Shown: one piece after another, positions 56,230 through 64,000 of the stretch
Layout of the letters: the number at the start of each line of letters is the position of its first letter
How positions within the stretch are numbered: position 1 is the stretch's first letter
Assembly (NCBI GenBank): GCA_028357285.1
Contig: JAOMWM010000003.1
Location: 41,679-105,678, forward strand
Length of the DNA stretch: 64,000 nucleotides
From: Schleiferiaceae bacterium
GTDB lineage: Bacteria > Bacteroidota > Bacteroidia > Flavobacteriales > Schleiferiaceae
Direction of reading: 5' to 3'
Translations under genes and position numbers: made by a program
Notes under the pieces: generated by a model
Databases searched by the model: none
What the model saw: only the letters and a program-made list of their open reading frames with translations
Told to the model about the DNA's origin: nothing

Positions 56230-57654
56230 CTAGCTCTTCTCTTTTTGTTTTTTTAGCGGATCTTTTGTCATTTCATCGTAACCCGTTCTTGCATGATAAA
56301 TATCGATCGCTGTGTACAACGCATTTCTCATTGAAGTCGCATCAGCCTTGCCTTTACCGGCAAGGTGCATTGCTGTCCCATGATCAGGAGAGGCACGAAC
56401 TATTTCTAGACCTGCAGTAAAATTTGTTCCACTACCCATGGCTAAGGATTTGAATGGAACCAAAACCTGGTCATGGTACATCCCTAAGACGGCATCAAAT
56501 TTTGATTCAAAGCCTTGTCCAAAGAATCCGTCGGCTGGGAATGGACCTTTGACTATTGCATTTTTATGTGGTGCATTCTCTATTGCCGGTCGAATGATGT
56601 CTTTTTCTTCACTTCCAATAGTTCCCATTTCACCAGCATGCGGGTTCAGACCTAATACCGCAATCCTCGGCTTTACTATTCCAAAGTCTCTTTCAAGGCT
56701 TTGTGCAAGCAGTCCTATGGCTTTAGTAATAGAAGCTTCAGTAATGCCATCAGCTACTTTAGAAATAGGTACATGCCCCGTTACTGTAGCCACTTTTAAT
56801 TTATCCGAAGACAGAATCATCAGCACTTCATTACTAAATTCTTTTGCTAGGTAGCCTGTATGACCCGAGAAGCCTTCAACGCTTGCAGCTATATTGTGTT
56901 TGTTGATAGGCGCCGTCAGCAAGGCTTGAATTTTGCCGTTTTTAGCTGCGTCAATGGCTGCGTCAATACTTTTTAAAGCATACGCGCCACTTACGTCAGT
57001 AGGTAAACCAAGCGTGATTTCTACATTGTCGTCCCAGCACAGCACTAGATTATTTGCGCCTTCTTTGATGTCCTCAATAGTATCACACAAACGGAATTGA
57101 AAATCGCGTTTATCGATGGCATTTCTATGATAAGAGGCTAATTTACTCGAAGCAAAAACTACCGGCGTACACAACTCGGTGAGTCGGGTATCTTCTAGCA
57201 TTGTAATGATTACCTCCATACCGATGCCATTAAGATCACCACAAGTGATACCAATTACAGGCTTTTCAAGAACGGTTTCTTCATACACCGCGGTGGTCGA
57301 TGAACTAGAGAAATCGACATTGTAGAGGTCATTTTGTAAGTCGTATTCCGATTGGACTTCTTCACTTACCGGACTTGCTTTTACGTCTTTTCCTTCGCGT
57401 CGTTTATTACGGCTGTTTCCATTGCGACCGCGGTTGTTTCTGTTTCCTCCGTTACCCTCTTCTTTTGGGCCATTTTCTGAAGTATCCGCTGGTTTAGACT
57501 GCGCGTCTGCCCCATCTTTTGCTTCACCCTCTTTTTTGCTGCGATTACGGTTTCTATTTCTTCCGCCACGACTTCGTCTCCGTGCATTGCCGTCCTTACT
57601 CTGGCCTTCTGCTGCATTCGATTTATTCGGCGTATTTTCTTTAGCGTCACTCAT
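56230..57654 (-). CDS. pdxA: 4-hydroxythreonine-4-phosphate dehydrogenase with ~122-aa Arg/Asn/Gly/Lys/Glu-rich N-terminal extension (start uncertain)
   Basis: PdxA core from ..KPVIGITCGDLNGIG to ..GTAMHLAGKGKAD (HTGYL, DHGTA motifs). The ORF stays open upstream to ATG 57654, 4 nt after the pepA stop. In-frame GTG at 57288 would give a normal 352-aa PdxA. Confidence 0.85.
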   Translation of the reverse strand: MSDAKENTPNKSNAAEGQSKDGNARRRSRGGRNRNRNRSKKEGEAKDGADAQSKPADTSENGPKEEGNGGNRNNRGRNGNSRNKRREGKDVKASPVSEEVQSEYDLQNDLYNVDFSSSSTTAVYEETVLEKPVIGITCGDLNGIGMEVIITMLEDTRLTELCTPVVFASSKLASYHRNAIDKRDFQFRLCDTIEDIKEGANNLVLCWDDNVEITLGLPTDVSGAYALKSIDAAIDAAKNGKIQALLTAPINKHNIAASVEGFSGHTGYLAKEFSNEVLMILSSDKLKVATVTGHVPISKVADGITEASITKAIGLLAQSLERDFGIVKPRIAVLGLNPHAGEMGTIGSEEKDIIRPAIENAPHKNAIVKGPFPADGFFGQGFESKFDAVLGMYHDQVLVPFKSLAMGSGTNFTAGLEIVRASPDHGTAMHLAGKGKADATSMRNALYTAIDIYHARTGYDEMTKDPLKKQKEKS

Positions 57655-57658
57655 AGTG

Positions 57659-59074
57659 TTACTTCAAGTTGTTTATGAAGTCAAAAAGTAATCGGACCCC
57701 GATACCGGTTCCGCCCTCGACTTGGTAGCCGGCTCGCGATTTTAAAAATGCAGGCCCAGCGATATCTAAGTGAATGTAAGGATAATCAGTGAAGTGCTCT
57801 AGGAATTTACCAGCTGTAATGGCTCCTGCCTCAGCGCCACCAATATTTTTCATGTCTGCAATGGGGCTTTTTAGTAAGTCCTTGTATTCATCCCAGAACG
57901 GAAATTCAACAACGCGTTCGTGTGTTCGGTAACCACTTTCTTGAAGTGAGAGCATACGTTCTTTCGGTGCATTACCCATTCCAACAATCGCATAGCGACC
58001 TATAGATCTTGCTGCCGCTCCAGTCAATGTAGCGAGATCGATCACTAATTCTGGATTGTAGCGTTTTGCATAGACCAAGGCGTCAGATAAAATTAATCGA
58101 CCTTCAGCATCTGTATTCATGACTTCAACGCTGGTCCCGTCTGAAATAGTAATGACATCACCTGGTGTCACGGCATTGCCTCCGGGGCGGTTATCCGTTG
58201 CAGGAACAAGGCCTATAATGTGTACTGGAAGATTTGCCTCTGCAGCGGCGCTCATTGCCCCAATAACGGCAGCAGCACCTCCCATATCAGATTTCATGTC
58301 GTCCATGTAGTTGGATGGCTTGAGGCTCAAACCACCGGTATCGTAAACGACCCCTTTACCGACTAATACTAGTGGTTTTTCATTGGTTGCATTTTTCGGC
58401 TTGTGCTCCATGATGATGAACACCGGAGGCTCAGGAGAACCGTAATTCACTGCCAATAATCCACCCATCTTGAGGCTTTCGATCTGTTTTTTCTCTAAGA
58501 CTTCTATCGAAAAACCGTGGCGTTTGCTCGCTTCTTTAGCTTGGTTTGCGAGGTCCGTAGCGGTTAAGTCAATAACAGGTGTATTAACTAATTCACGCGC
58601 AAAGAGTGCACCCATAGTTGCAATAGCAATGGGAGCAAGGGTTTGTTCATCTTCTTTTGAAACGAACAATTGGGCCATGGAATTTTTACGCTTATGACTG
58701 TCTGAGAAGTAGCGGAGAAACTGGTAATTACCCAGGATGGCTCCTTCGGCCACATGTGATACGTGTGCGCCAAAAATTGCAATGCGGTCCAGATATGCGG
58801 CATTTGCCTTAAGGACCAATGTATTACCAGCTTGACGCATTTTCTCTGAGCGCGCATCAGCATCTATTGTTTTTCCAAGCTTGTACACCCAAGCAGTATC
58901 TGTGCCTGCTTGAACCTCCAACCATTTTTCTTCAAACTTTTCGCCAAGCGTATGAACGCGATCGAGTTGTGCCTCGCTTAAATGCTGAGAAAGTTCTTTT
59001 GATTCGGTATAAACAATAGCGATGCTGCCATTGTAATCAGGAGTGTATGTTGTGATTTTCATTGCGTCATTCAT
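57659..59074 (-). CDS. pepA: Leucyl aminopeptidase, M17 family
   Basis: VGKGVVYDTGGLSLKP and NTDAEGRLILSDAL signature. Confidence 0.9.
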   Translation of the reverse strand: MNDAMKITTYTPDYNGSIAIVYTESKELSQHLSEAQLDRVHTLGEKFEEKWLEVQAGTDTAWVYKLGKTIDADARSEKMRQAGNTLVLKANAAYLDRIAIFGAHVSHVAEGAILGNYQFLRYFSDSHKRKNSMAQLFVSKEDEQTLAPIAIATMGALFARELVNTPVIDLTATDLANQAKEASKRHGFSIEVLEKKQIESLKMGGLLAVNYGSPEPPVFIIMEHKPKNATNEKPLVLVGKGVVYDTGGLSLKPSNYMDDMKSDMGGAAAVIGAMSAAAEANLPVHIIGLVPATDNRPGGNAVTPGDVITISDGTSVEVMNTDAEGRLILSDALVYAKRYNPELVIDLATLTGAAARSIGRYAIVGMGNAPKERMLSLQESGYRTHERVVEFPFWDEYKDLLKSPIADMKNIGGAEAGAITAGKFLEHFTDYPYIHLDIAGPAFLKSRAGYQVEGGTGIGVRLLFDFINNLK

Positions 59075-59118
59075 TTAGTGTCAAATGTACTATTTTAACC
59101 AACCACAAAGAACCCTTC

Positions 59119-59715
59119 ATGTTTACTGGAATTATTGAAAAATTAGGCAAGGTTGCTAAGGTCGAAAAGAGCGGCGGAAACCTTGAATTATATGTTACTT
59201 CAGATCTCGCAAGCGATTTAAAAATTGATCAAAGCGTTGCCCATAACGGCATCTGCTTGACCGTAGTAGAAATTTTTGGTGACCGAACGTACCGTGTAAC
59301 GGCTATTGAGGAGACTATTGCAAAAACTGCTATCGGTGATTTAAAGGAAGACGACCCTATTAACCTAGAGCGTTGTATGACGATGGGCGCACGTTTAGAC
59401 GGCCATATTGTTCAGGGGCATGTGGATCAAATTGGCCATTGTACTTCCATTACCGAAGAAGATGGATCATGGATTTTTTCCTTTGCTTATGATCCCTCAT
59501 TAGGCAATGTTACGGTAGAAAAAGGGTCCATTACAGTGAATGGAACATCGCTTACTGTAGTCGACTCCATAGAGGGCGGTTTCAGTGTTGCCATTATCCC
59601 TTACACTTATGAGTATACGGTATTCCATCATTTAAAGGTGGGCGATAGAATCAATTTAGAATTTGACATCATAGGAAAGTATGTCGCTCGTATGCTTAGC
59701 GGCTATCAAAAGTGA
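59119..59715 (+). CDS. ribE: Riboflavin synthase (alpha chain)
   Basis: Start set at MFTGIIEKLGKV (ATG 59119). Duplicated lumazine-binding repeat (SVAHNGICLTV / SITVNGTSLTV). Confidence 0.9.
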   Translation: MFTGIIEKLGKVAKVEKSGGNLELYVTSDLASDLKIDQSVAHNGICLTVVEIFGDRTYRVTAIEETIAKTAIGDLKEDDPINLERCMTMGARLDGHIVQGHVDQIGHCTSITEEDGSWIFSFAYDPSLGNVTVEKGSITVNGTSLTVVDSIEGGFSVAIIPYTYEYTVFHHLKVGDRINLEFDIIGKYVARMLSGYQK

Positions 59716-60404
59716 AAACCGTACGCCACATAGGAGTTTTAGACGATGAAATTATCGCTGTACGGGGAATGGTTTTTCAATTGGAAAAATTGTTGCCACA
59801 AGCAGAGGTGAAAGGGTTTACCCAGTACCGAGAATTTGAATTGTGGTGCGAAAACAACGCTCCAGAATTGGTTTTTTTGGATATGGAGATGCCGCATGCC
59901 ATGGGGCTTGATGTAGCGAAAAGAATACAGCCGGATGTGGGAAATATAGTGTTCGTTACGGCGCATTCTCATTACAGTTTAGAGGCGTTTGAAACAGCGG
60001 TAGATTACATTTTAAAGCCCATTACTCCAAAGCGTTTAGAACAAGCCCTGGCAAAAGTGGAATCACTTGTTCCGGTAAAGGTGAGTCAGGAACAAAAGAT
60101 AAAACTGCTGTTAAAAGGGACGTTTCGTGAACTGCCTGAGGCCGATATTGCCTTTTTACGCGGCCAGCGGAATTATACAGAGGTAGTTTTGATAAACGGT
60201 GAACACCACTTGATGGCGCGAACGTTGAAAAGTTTCACTGATGTACTGAGCGATGGATTTGTTCGTATTCATAAAAGCATGGTAGTACAACGCGCTTTGA
60301 TTGCCTCAATCCAACCCGGTAATCCAGCCCATATTGTTCTTACTGACGGAACACAACTGGATGCCGCGAAGGCCCGTTTAAAAGCCTTGGGTAGTGATGT
60401 ATAA
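59712..60404 (+). CDS. LytR/AlgR (LytTR DNA-binding) response regulator
   Basis: Receiver residues LDDE, FLDMEMP, FVTAH, YILKP. C-terminal LytTR (..RGQRNYTEVVL..FVRIHKSMVV). The GTG start overlaps the ribE stop (GTGA). Confidence 0.85.
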   Translation: MKTVRHIGVLDDEIIAVRGMVFQLEKLLPQAEVKGFTQYREFELWCENNAPELVFLDMEMPHAMGLDVAKRIQPDVGNIVFVTAHSHYSLEAFETAVDYILKPITPKRLEQALAKVESLVPVKVSQEQKIKLLLKGTFRELPEADIAFLRGQRNYTEVVLINGEHHLMARTLKSFTDVLSDGFVRIHKSMVVQRALIASIQPGNPAHIVLTDGTQLDAAKARLKALGSDV

Positions 60405-62046
60405 ATCTCTTTTCATTACAACGTTCTCTATTCTATGGTTAGGGTGTTCACAGACTGAATATTCAGAGGTGCCAACATCGGTTCGTGCCGTTTTCGAAGT
60501 GGATCACGAATCTGACGCTATCGATGCATTGGTTACCGATTTGTTAGCGAGTAATGATAAGATAGAGGAAGCTTGGGGAGCGTATTTATTATCACGTGAG
60601 ATCGTACGAAAAGGAGTGAATTTTGAAGCTTTGACCTATTTAGAACGCGCAGAAGTTCTTTTTCGCTCTGCAGATAATAAAGAGGGAATCAAACGAATTT
60701 TATTGCTCAAGGCACACGCCTATTGGTCGTTAGGCGCCGGGGAAGAAATATTAGCGATTTCAGAAGAGACCATGCGTCTTCGTGCAGGAAATTTAAAAGG
60801 ATGGGCTACAGCTGCAGGAAATTATACTACCTATCTACTGGATTACGGACGGTACGAAGAAGTCTTGACCTACAGCGACTCTGTTTTGGCTATATGTCGT
60901 CAAGTTGATGGAGGGATTAATCCCAGTGAAGCATATGCAGTTCGTGCAGAGGCATTGCAGAATCTAGGTCGCGATTCTACGGCTGTTGACACCCTAATCA
61001 CACTAGCCCTAGAACTGATTGACAGAACGATTCCTGATGTAGATAAAAAGAACATCTACTTCAGAGCGTTGAATTTAAATGCCTTGGATCAACCCGCTTT
61101 GGCCCGCTGTATTCGTTTTGCACAGGACAAAGAATTTTGGTCCTTAGAGGCGAAATCAAGGGAAAAATTTACGGATTACGAATTGCTAGGTGAGACGAAG
61201 GAAATGGCACTTAAAGCCGAGGTAGAGGCGAATAAAAGGGCCCTTGCCGAGGTGGATGAAGGTCAGAGCAAGTTTTTAGCTTTTGAGCTGGCCCGTGGAC
61301 AGACTGAAATATATGGATACCAGCGTGAGGTAAGGTTGCGGAAAATAGCCTTGAGTGTAACCGTGATCTTATTTGTGGTGTTATTGATAGGAATAGTTTT
61401 AAACTACCGCAGTCGAATCATGACGGCTCGAGCAAAATTGAGTCAGCAAGAAGCGGAATTGGCTTTAGAGAATTACAAGAACACCATTCGCCCTCATTTT
61501 CTCTTTAACCAATTAAACAATGTTAGTGCTTTTCTTAATCAGGAGCTTATTGAGCAGGCTCAGGAATATTTATCTGATTTGGGTCAATTTTTACGCTCCC
61601 TCCTTGAAGAACAGGACGATCAGACCATAGAATTGGCTTCCGTTGAAAAGCAATTACACGCTTATATCGCGCTCCAGAAAAAGGGATCTTATGCGCACGT
61701 GGCAGTGACTATTGACATTCCGAAAGAATTGCGCAAAGTGCGAATTCCCACGGGTTTGCTCCAACCGCTCGTTGAAAACAGTTTTAAGTATGCCGGTCAT
61801 GAGGAAAGTAAGTCTCCGAGCATTCGCGTAGAGGCGCATCTTTCTGAGGAGAATGTACTCACTTTAAAGGTGGAAGATTCGGGATACGGTGAATACACTA
61901 GACAAGGAGGTACTGGACACGGACTGCAGTTGATCAATGATCGGATGGCGTTTAATAAATCTCGGAGTAAAAGACCAAAGGATTGGACGGTTATGACCTC
62001 TTTTCAAAAAGAAAAAGGCACCGTCGTAATGACGATGCCTTCATAG
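60397..62046 (+). CDS. LytS-type sensor histidine kinase with ~300-aa TPR-like extracytoplasmic domain
   Basis: N-terminal signal/lipobox-like LWLGCSQ, helical repeat region, TM IALSVTVILFVVLLIGIVL, His_kinase box IRPHFLFNQLNNV, HATPase (LQPLVENSFKYAG, GTGHGLQL). Overlaps the RR gene. Confidence 0.8.
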   Translation: MYKSLFITTFSILWLGCSQTEYSEVPTSVRAVFEVDHESDAIDALVTDLLASNDKIEEAWGAYLLSREIVRKGVNFEALTYLERAEVLFRSADNKEGIKRILLLKAHAYWSLGAGEEILAISEETMRLRAGNLKGWATAAGNYTTYLLDYGRYEEVLTYSDSVLAICRQVDGGINPSEAYAVRAEALQNLGRDSTAVDTLITLALELIDRTIPDVDKKNIYFRALNLNALDQPALARCIRFAQDKEFWSLEAKSREKFTDYELLGETKEMALKAEVEANKRALAEVDEGQSKFLAFELARGQTEIYGYQREVRLRKIALSVTVILFVVLLIGIVLNYRSRIMTARAKLSQQEAELALENYKNTIRPHFLFNQLNNVSAFLNQELIEQAQEYLSDLGQFLRSLLEEQDDQTIELASVEKQLHAYIALQKKGSYAHVAVTIDIPKELRKVRIPTGLLQPLVENSFKYAGHEESKSPSIRVEAHLSEENVLTLKVEDSGYGEYTRQGGTGHGLQLINDRMAFNKSRSKRPKDWTVMTSFQKEKGTVVMTMPS

Positions 62047-62135
62047 GAGTAACTCCTAGGTTTGATGGTTGGTGATGTAAACGTAAGTGATTTACTCAAA
62101 ATAGCGCAAACAGACTTATCCTAGTAGCTGTAAAC

Positions 62136-63083
62136 TTATCGTAGTGCCCAGTTTTGGGTATCCATATTGCCTCCGCAAAGTATAATTCCCGTTTTCCCCC
62201 GTGCTGATTTCTTAAGACATGCTGCAACTCCCGTCGCTGCACTAGGTTCAATGAATTGTTTCAATCGCGCCAAAACAAAATGCCAAGCGGCTGTAATTTC
62301 CTCTTCAGTAACCAGCGAAATTTCATCGACATGGGATTGAATAATGGGGAAATTTAGCTTCCCCAACGAGGTCTTCAACCCATCGGCAATGGTATCAGCA
62401 GTGGTCACAGGAACCCAGTGTCCACTGTAAAAACTCTCGTGTGCGTCGGAAGCATTGGTAGGTTCACACCCTATAAGCTCTGCTGTTCCAAAGTAGGTAT
62501 TTGCAAGAGCTGCCCCGGACAATAAGCCCCCGCCGCCAACCGGCACGAAAAGATATTCTAGATCGGGATGTGCCTCGAGCAATTCCATGGTTGCCGTTGC
62601 TTGTCCAGCGATAATATCATAGTTGTCGTAGGGGTGAACGAAAAAAGCGCCCTCTTTTTCTTCCACCGCTTTGGCTGTTTGCTCACGTGCAGCTAAAGTA
62701 GGGGCACAGAATTCGATGATTCCACCATAACTGCGCACCGCTTCAATTTTTGCCTTTGGGGCATTGCTGGGCATAATAATGTGTGCTTTCTCGCCAATAT
62801 TTCTCGCAGCCCAAGCCAAAGCGGCGCCGTGATTGCCCGAGCTGTGCGTTACAAACCCGTTTCCCTTTGCATGTTCTTTATGAACCAGTACCGCATTCAT
62901 TGCGCCTCGGGCTTTAAATGCACCGGTTTTTTGCAGGTGTTCGCCTTTGAATATGCAGTTACTTCCAACGCGGTCGTTAAATTTCTGAGATTGAAAAACA
63001 GGAGTTCTGTGAATATAAGGGGCGATTCTTTCCTGTGCTGCCTTTAAATCTTCTGCTGTGGGTATGCGTTGTAGTGGAGTCAT
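62136..63083 (-). CDS. PLP-dependent threonine/serine dehydratase (serine racemase / threo-3-hydroxyaspartate ammonia-lyase-like)
   Basis: PLP lysine context LQKTGAFKARGA, SSGNHG, GGGGLLSG phosphate loop. Confidence 0.8.
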   Translation of the reverse strand: MTPLQRIPTAEDLKAAQERIAPYIHRTPVFQSQKFNDRVGSNCIFKGEHLQKTGAFKARGAMNAVLVHKEHAKGNGFVTHSSGNHGAALAWAARNIGEKAHIIMPSNAPKAKIEAVRSYGGIIEFCAPTLAAREQTAKAVEEKEGAFFVHPYDNYDIIAGQATATMELLEAHPDLEYLFVPVGGGGLLSGAALANTYFGTAELIGCEPTNASDAHESFYSGHWVPVTTADTIADGLKTSLGKLNFPIIQSHVDEISLVTEEEITAAWHFVLARLKQFIEPSAATGVAACLKKSARGKTGIILCGGNMDTQNWALR

Positions 63084-63092
63084 GGTAGCCGA

Positions 63093-64000
63093 TTAATTGA
63101 ATTCATACCTCGGTTTCTCGACGAAGGGCAATCCATTACTATGTACCTCTAAGAGGTAATCACAGAGCGCTTGCTCGAATTCGATGAGAAGTGCTTCTGT
63201 AATATCATTGGATTTGCCCAGTGCCGCTCCACGAAGCAAATGTTCCGGCTGTCCACTTTGTAGCTTAAACATACCCGAATACCAAGGGAAAGGATGCGTT
63301 ACTAATTCCTTTTTCCAGAGCAACCAAGCGTATAGAAGAATCTGTAAAGGTTTCCCCTTACTACCCTTCCAGAGGTCGCCTAGTCCGGATAGGCTGAGGT
63401 CACTCTGCCCAATAGCACCACTCTTGTAATCCCAAATGATAAAGGCATTGTCATAGACTTCTAGTCGGTCAACCACACCGGTAAACTTCATCGGAAGTTT
63501 TAGAGTAGGGTGCTGCATTTCAAAGTCCAATTTTGTTTCTACTCCCTTTAAGATGAGTGCACCTTGTATTGCACGGCGAGCATCGTAGTGCAAGAACTGG
63601 CGGATCATTTTTTTGCAAATCTCAAGCGTCAGTAAATTTCGTCCTTGAGTCAATGCATTTTTTGAGTAGCGCTCTACCTCGATTAAATAATTAAAACCGG
63701 CTTCATACGCCTGTTCTGTCCACTGATCTACGTCAATATTTGTGATGGGTTTGCCCACATGAGATTCGTACACTTTTTCCAATCCCTTATGAATGAGGTT
63801 TCCCATGACCATCGCACTAACCTGTTCCTCAACTTCATCCTCTTCTTTGACACGGATCAATCGTTTTTGATAGAATCGGTCCGGCATACTGGTCAGTTCA
63901 TTCAGTGAAGAGGCACTGATTCCACACGCCATCCAGGCTTCAAAAGCTTGAACAACGGAGGGTGTTTTTTCAGCTGAGAACAGCTGTTCCATAGAGTTTG
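63093..64000 (-). CDS. PD-(D/E)XK nuclease family protein, C-terminal part (gene continues beyond window end)
   Basis: Nuclease motif GVVDRLEVYDNAFIIWDYKSG (D..D/ExK). The reading frame remains open upstream of the first Met to the window edge. Confidence 0.65.
   Translation of the reverse strand, partial: NSMEQLFSAEKTPSVVQAFEAWMACGISASSLNELTSMPDRFYQKRLIRVKEEDEVEEQVSAMVMGNLIHKGLEKVYESHVGKPITNIDVDQWTEQAYEAGFNYLIEVERYSKNALTQGRNLLTLEICKKMIRQFLHYDARRAIQGALILKGVETKLDFEMQHPTLKLPMKFTGVVDRLEVYDNAFIIWDYKSGAIGQSDLSLSGLGDLWKGSKGKPLQILLYAWLLWKKELVTHPFPWYSGMFKLQSGQPEHLLRGAALGKSNDITEALLIEFEQALCDYLLEVHSNGLPFVEKPRYEFN

Noticed and set aside
57381-57691. 89-aa ORFs in an alternative minus-strand frame (57381-57650) and in a plus-strand frame (57422-57691) over the pdxA 5' region
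   Set aside because: They are a by-product of the T-poor, purine-rich coding strand. They were not treated as genes, although the region itself is reported as a finding.

Overview
Dense chromosomal segment of about 56 CDS. It most likely comes from a Bacteroidota (Flavobacteriia-like) genome. Supporting signs are a SusC/SusD pair, three proteins ending in T9SS-type C-terminal sorting domains (G-x-Y-x-[VL]-x-I near the end), TAnnTTTG-type -7 boxes, and many GC-rich hairpin plus T-run terminators. I saw no rRNA, tRNA, CRISPR array, transposase, integrase or recognisable defence genes. Layout by coordinate: (1) 1-3557, tightly coupled metal ABC-3 importer operon with a permease fused to a complete DtxR/MntR-like regulator domain, an outer-membrane barrel gene between the two permease genes, and an ElaA-like GNAT. 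(2) 3639-4898, type II sulfide:quinone oxidoreductase. (3) 4960-11380, lower phenylacetate pathway (paaI-paaJ-paaY-paaZ-crotonase) led by an unknown acidic protein and ending in a coupled DUF3078 barrel. (4) 11651-33366, alpha-glucan/maltose locus. On the minus strand it carries pfkA-gap-sugar kinase-pgmB-GH65 maltose phosphorylase-two GH13 genes. On the plus strand it carries a Nudix-type (NrtR-like) regulator, SusC, SusD, two unknown surface proteins and an MFS transporter, followed by an AraC regulator and a four-module carbohydrate-binding T9SS protein. A perfect 21-bp palindrome sits in the divergent control region. (5) Housekeeping: rimP-nusA-infB, SSS transporter, tadA, aspS, purQ, asd, msrA, accC-accB-fabH, rpmF-yceD, pdxA, pepA, ribE. 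(6) Large T9SS cargo proteins: a 1444-aa BNR/PKD protein and a 774-aa lamin-tail-domain protein. (7) A LytTR two-component pair coupled to ribE, a PLP dehydratase and a partial PD-(D/E)XK nuclease. Items most worth follow-up: the YtgCR-like permease-regulator fusion, the barrel genes embedded in cytoplasmic operons, the Nudix-regulator/palindrome control of a glycan-plus-glycolysis locus, the T9SS-delivered multi-CBM protein, the Arg/Asn/Gly-rich extension on PdxA, and the leader hairpin in front of rimP-nusA-infB. All functional calls rest on motif recognition by eye. No database search was run.
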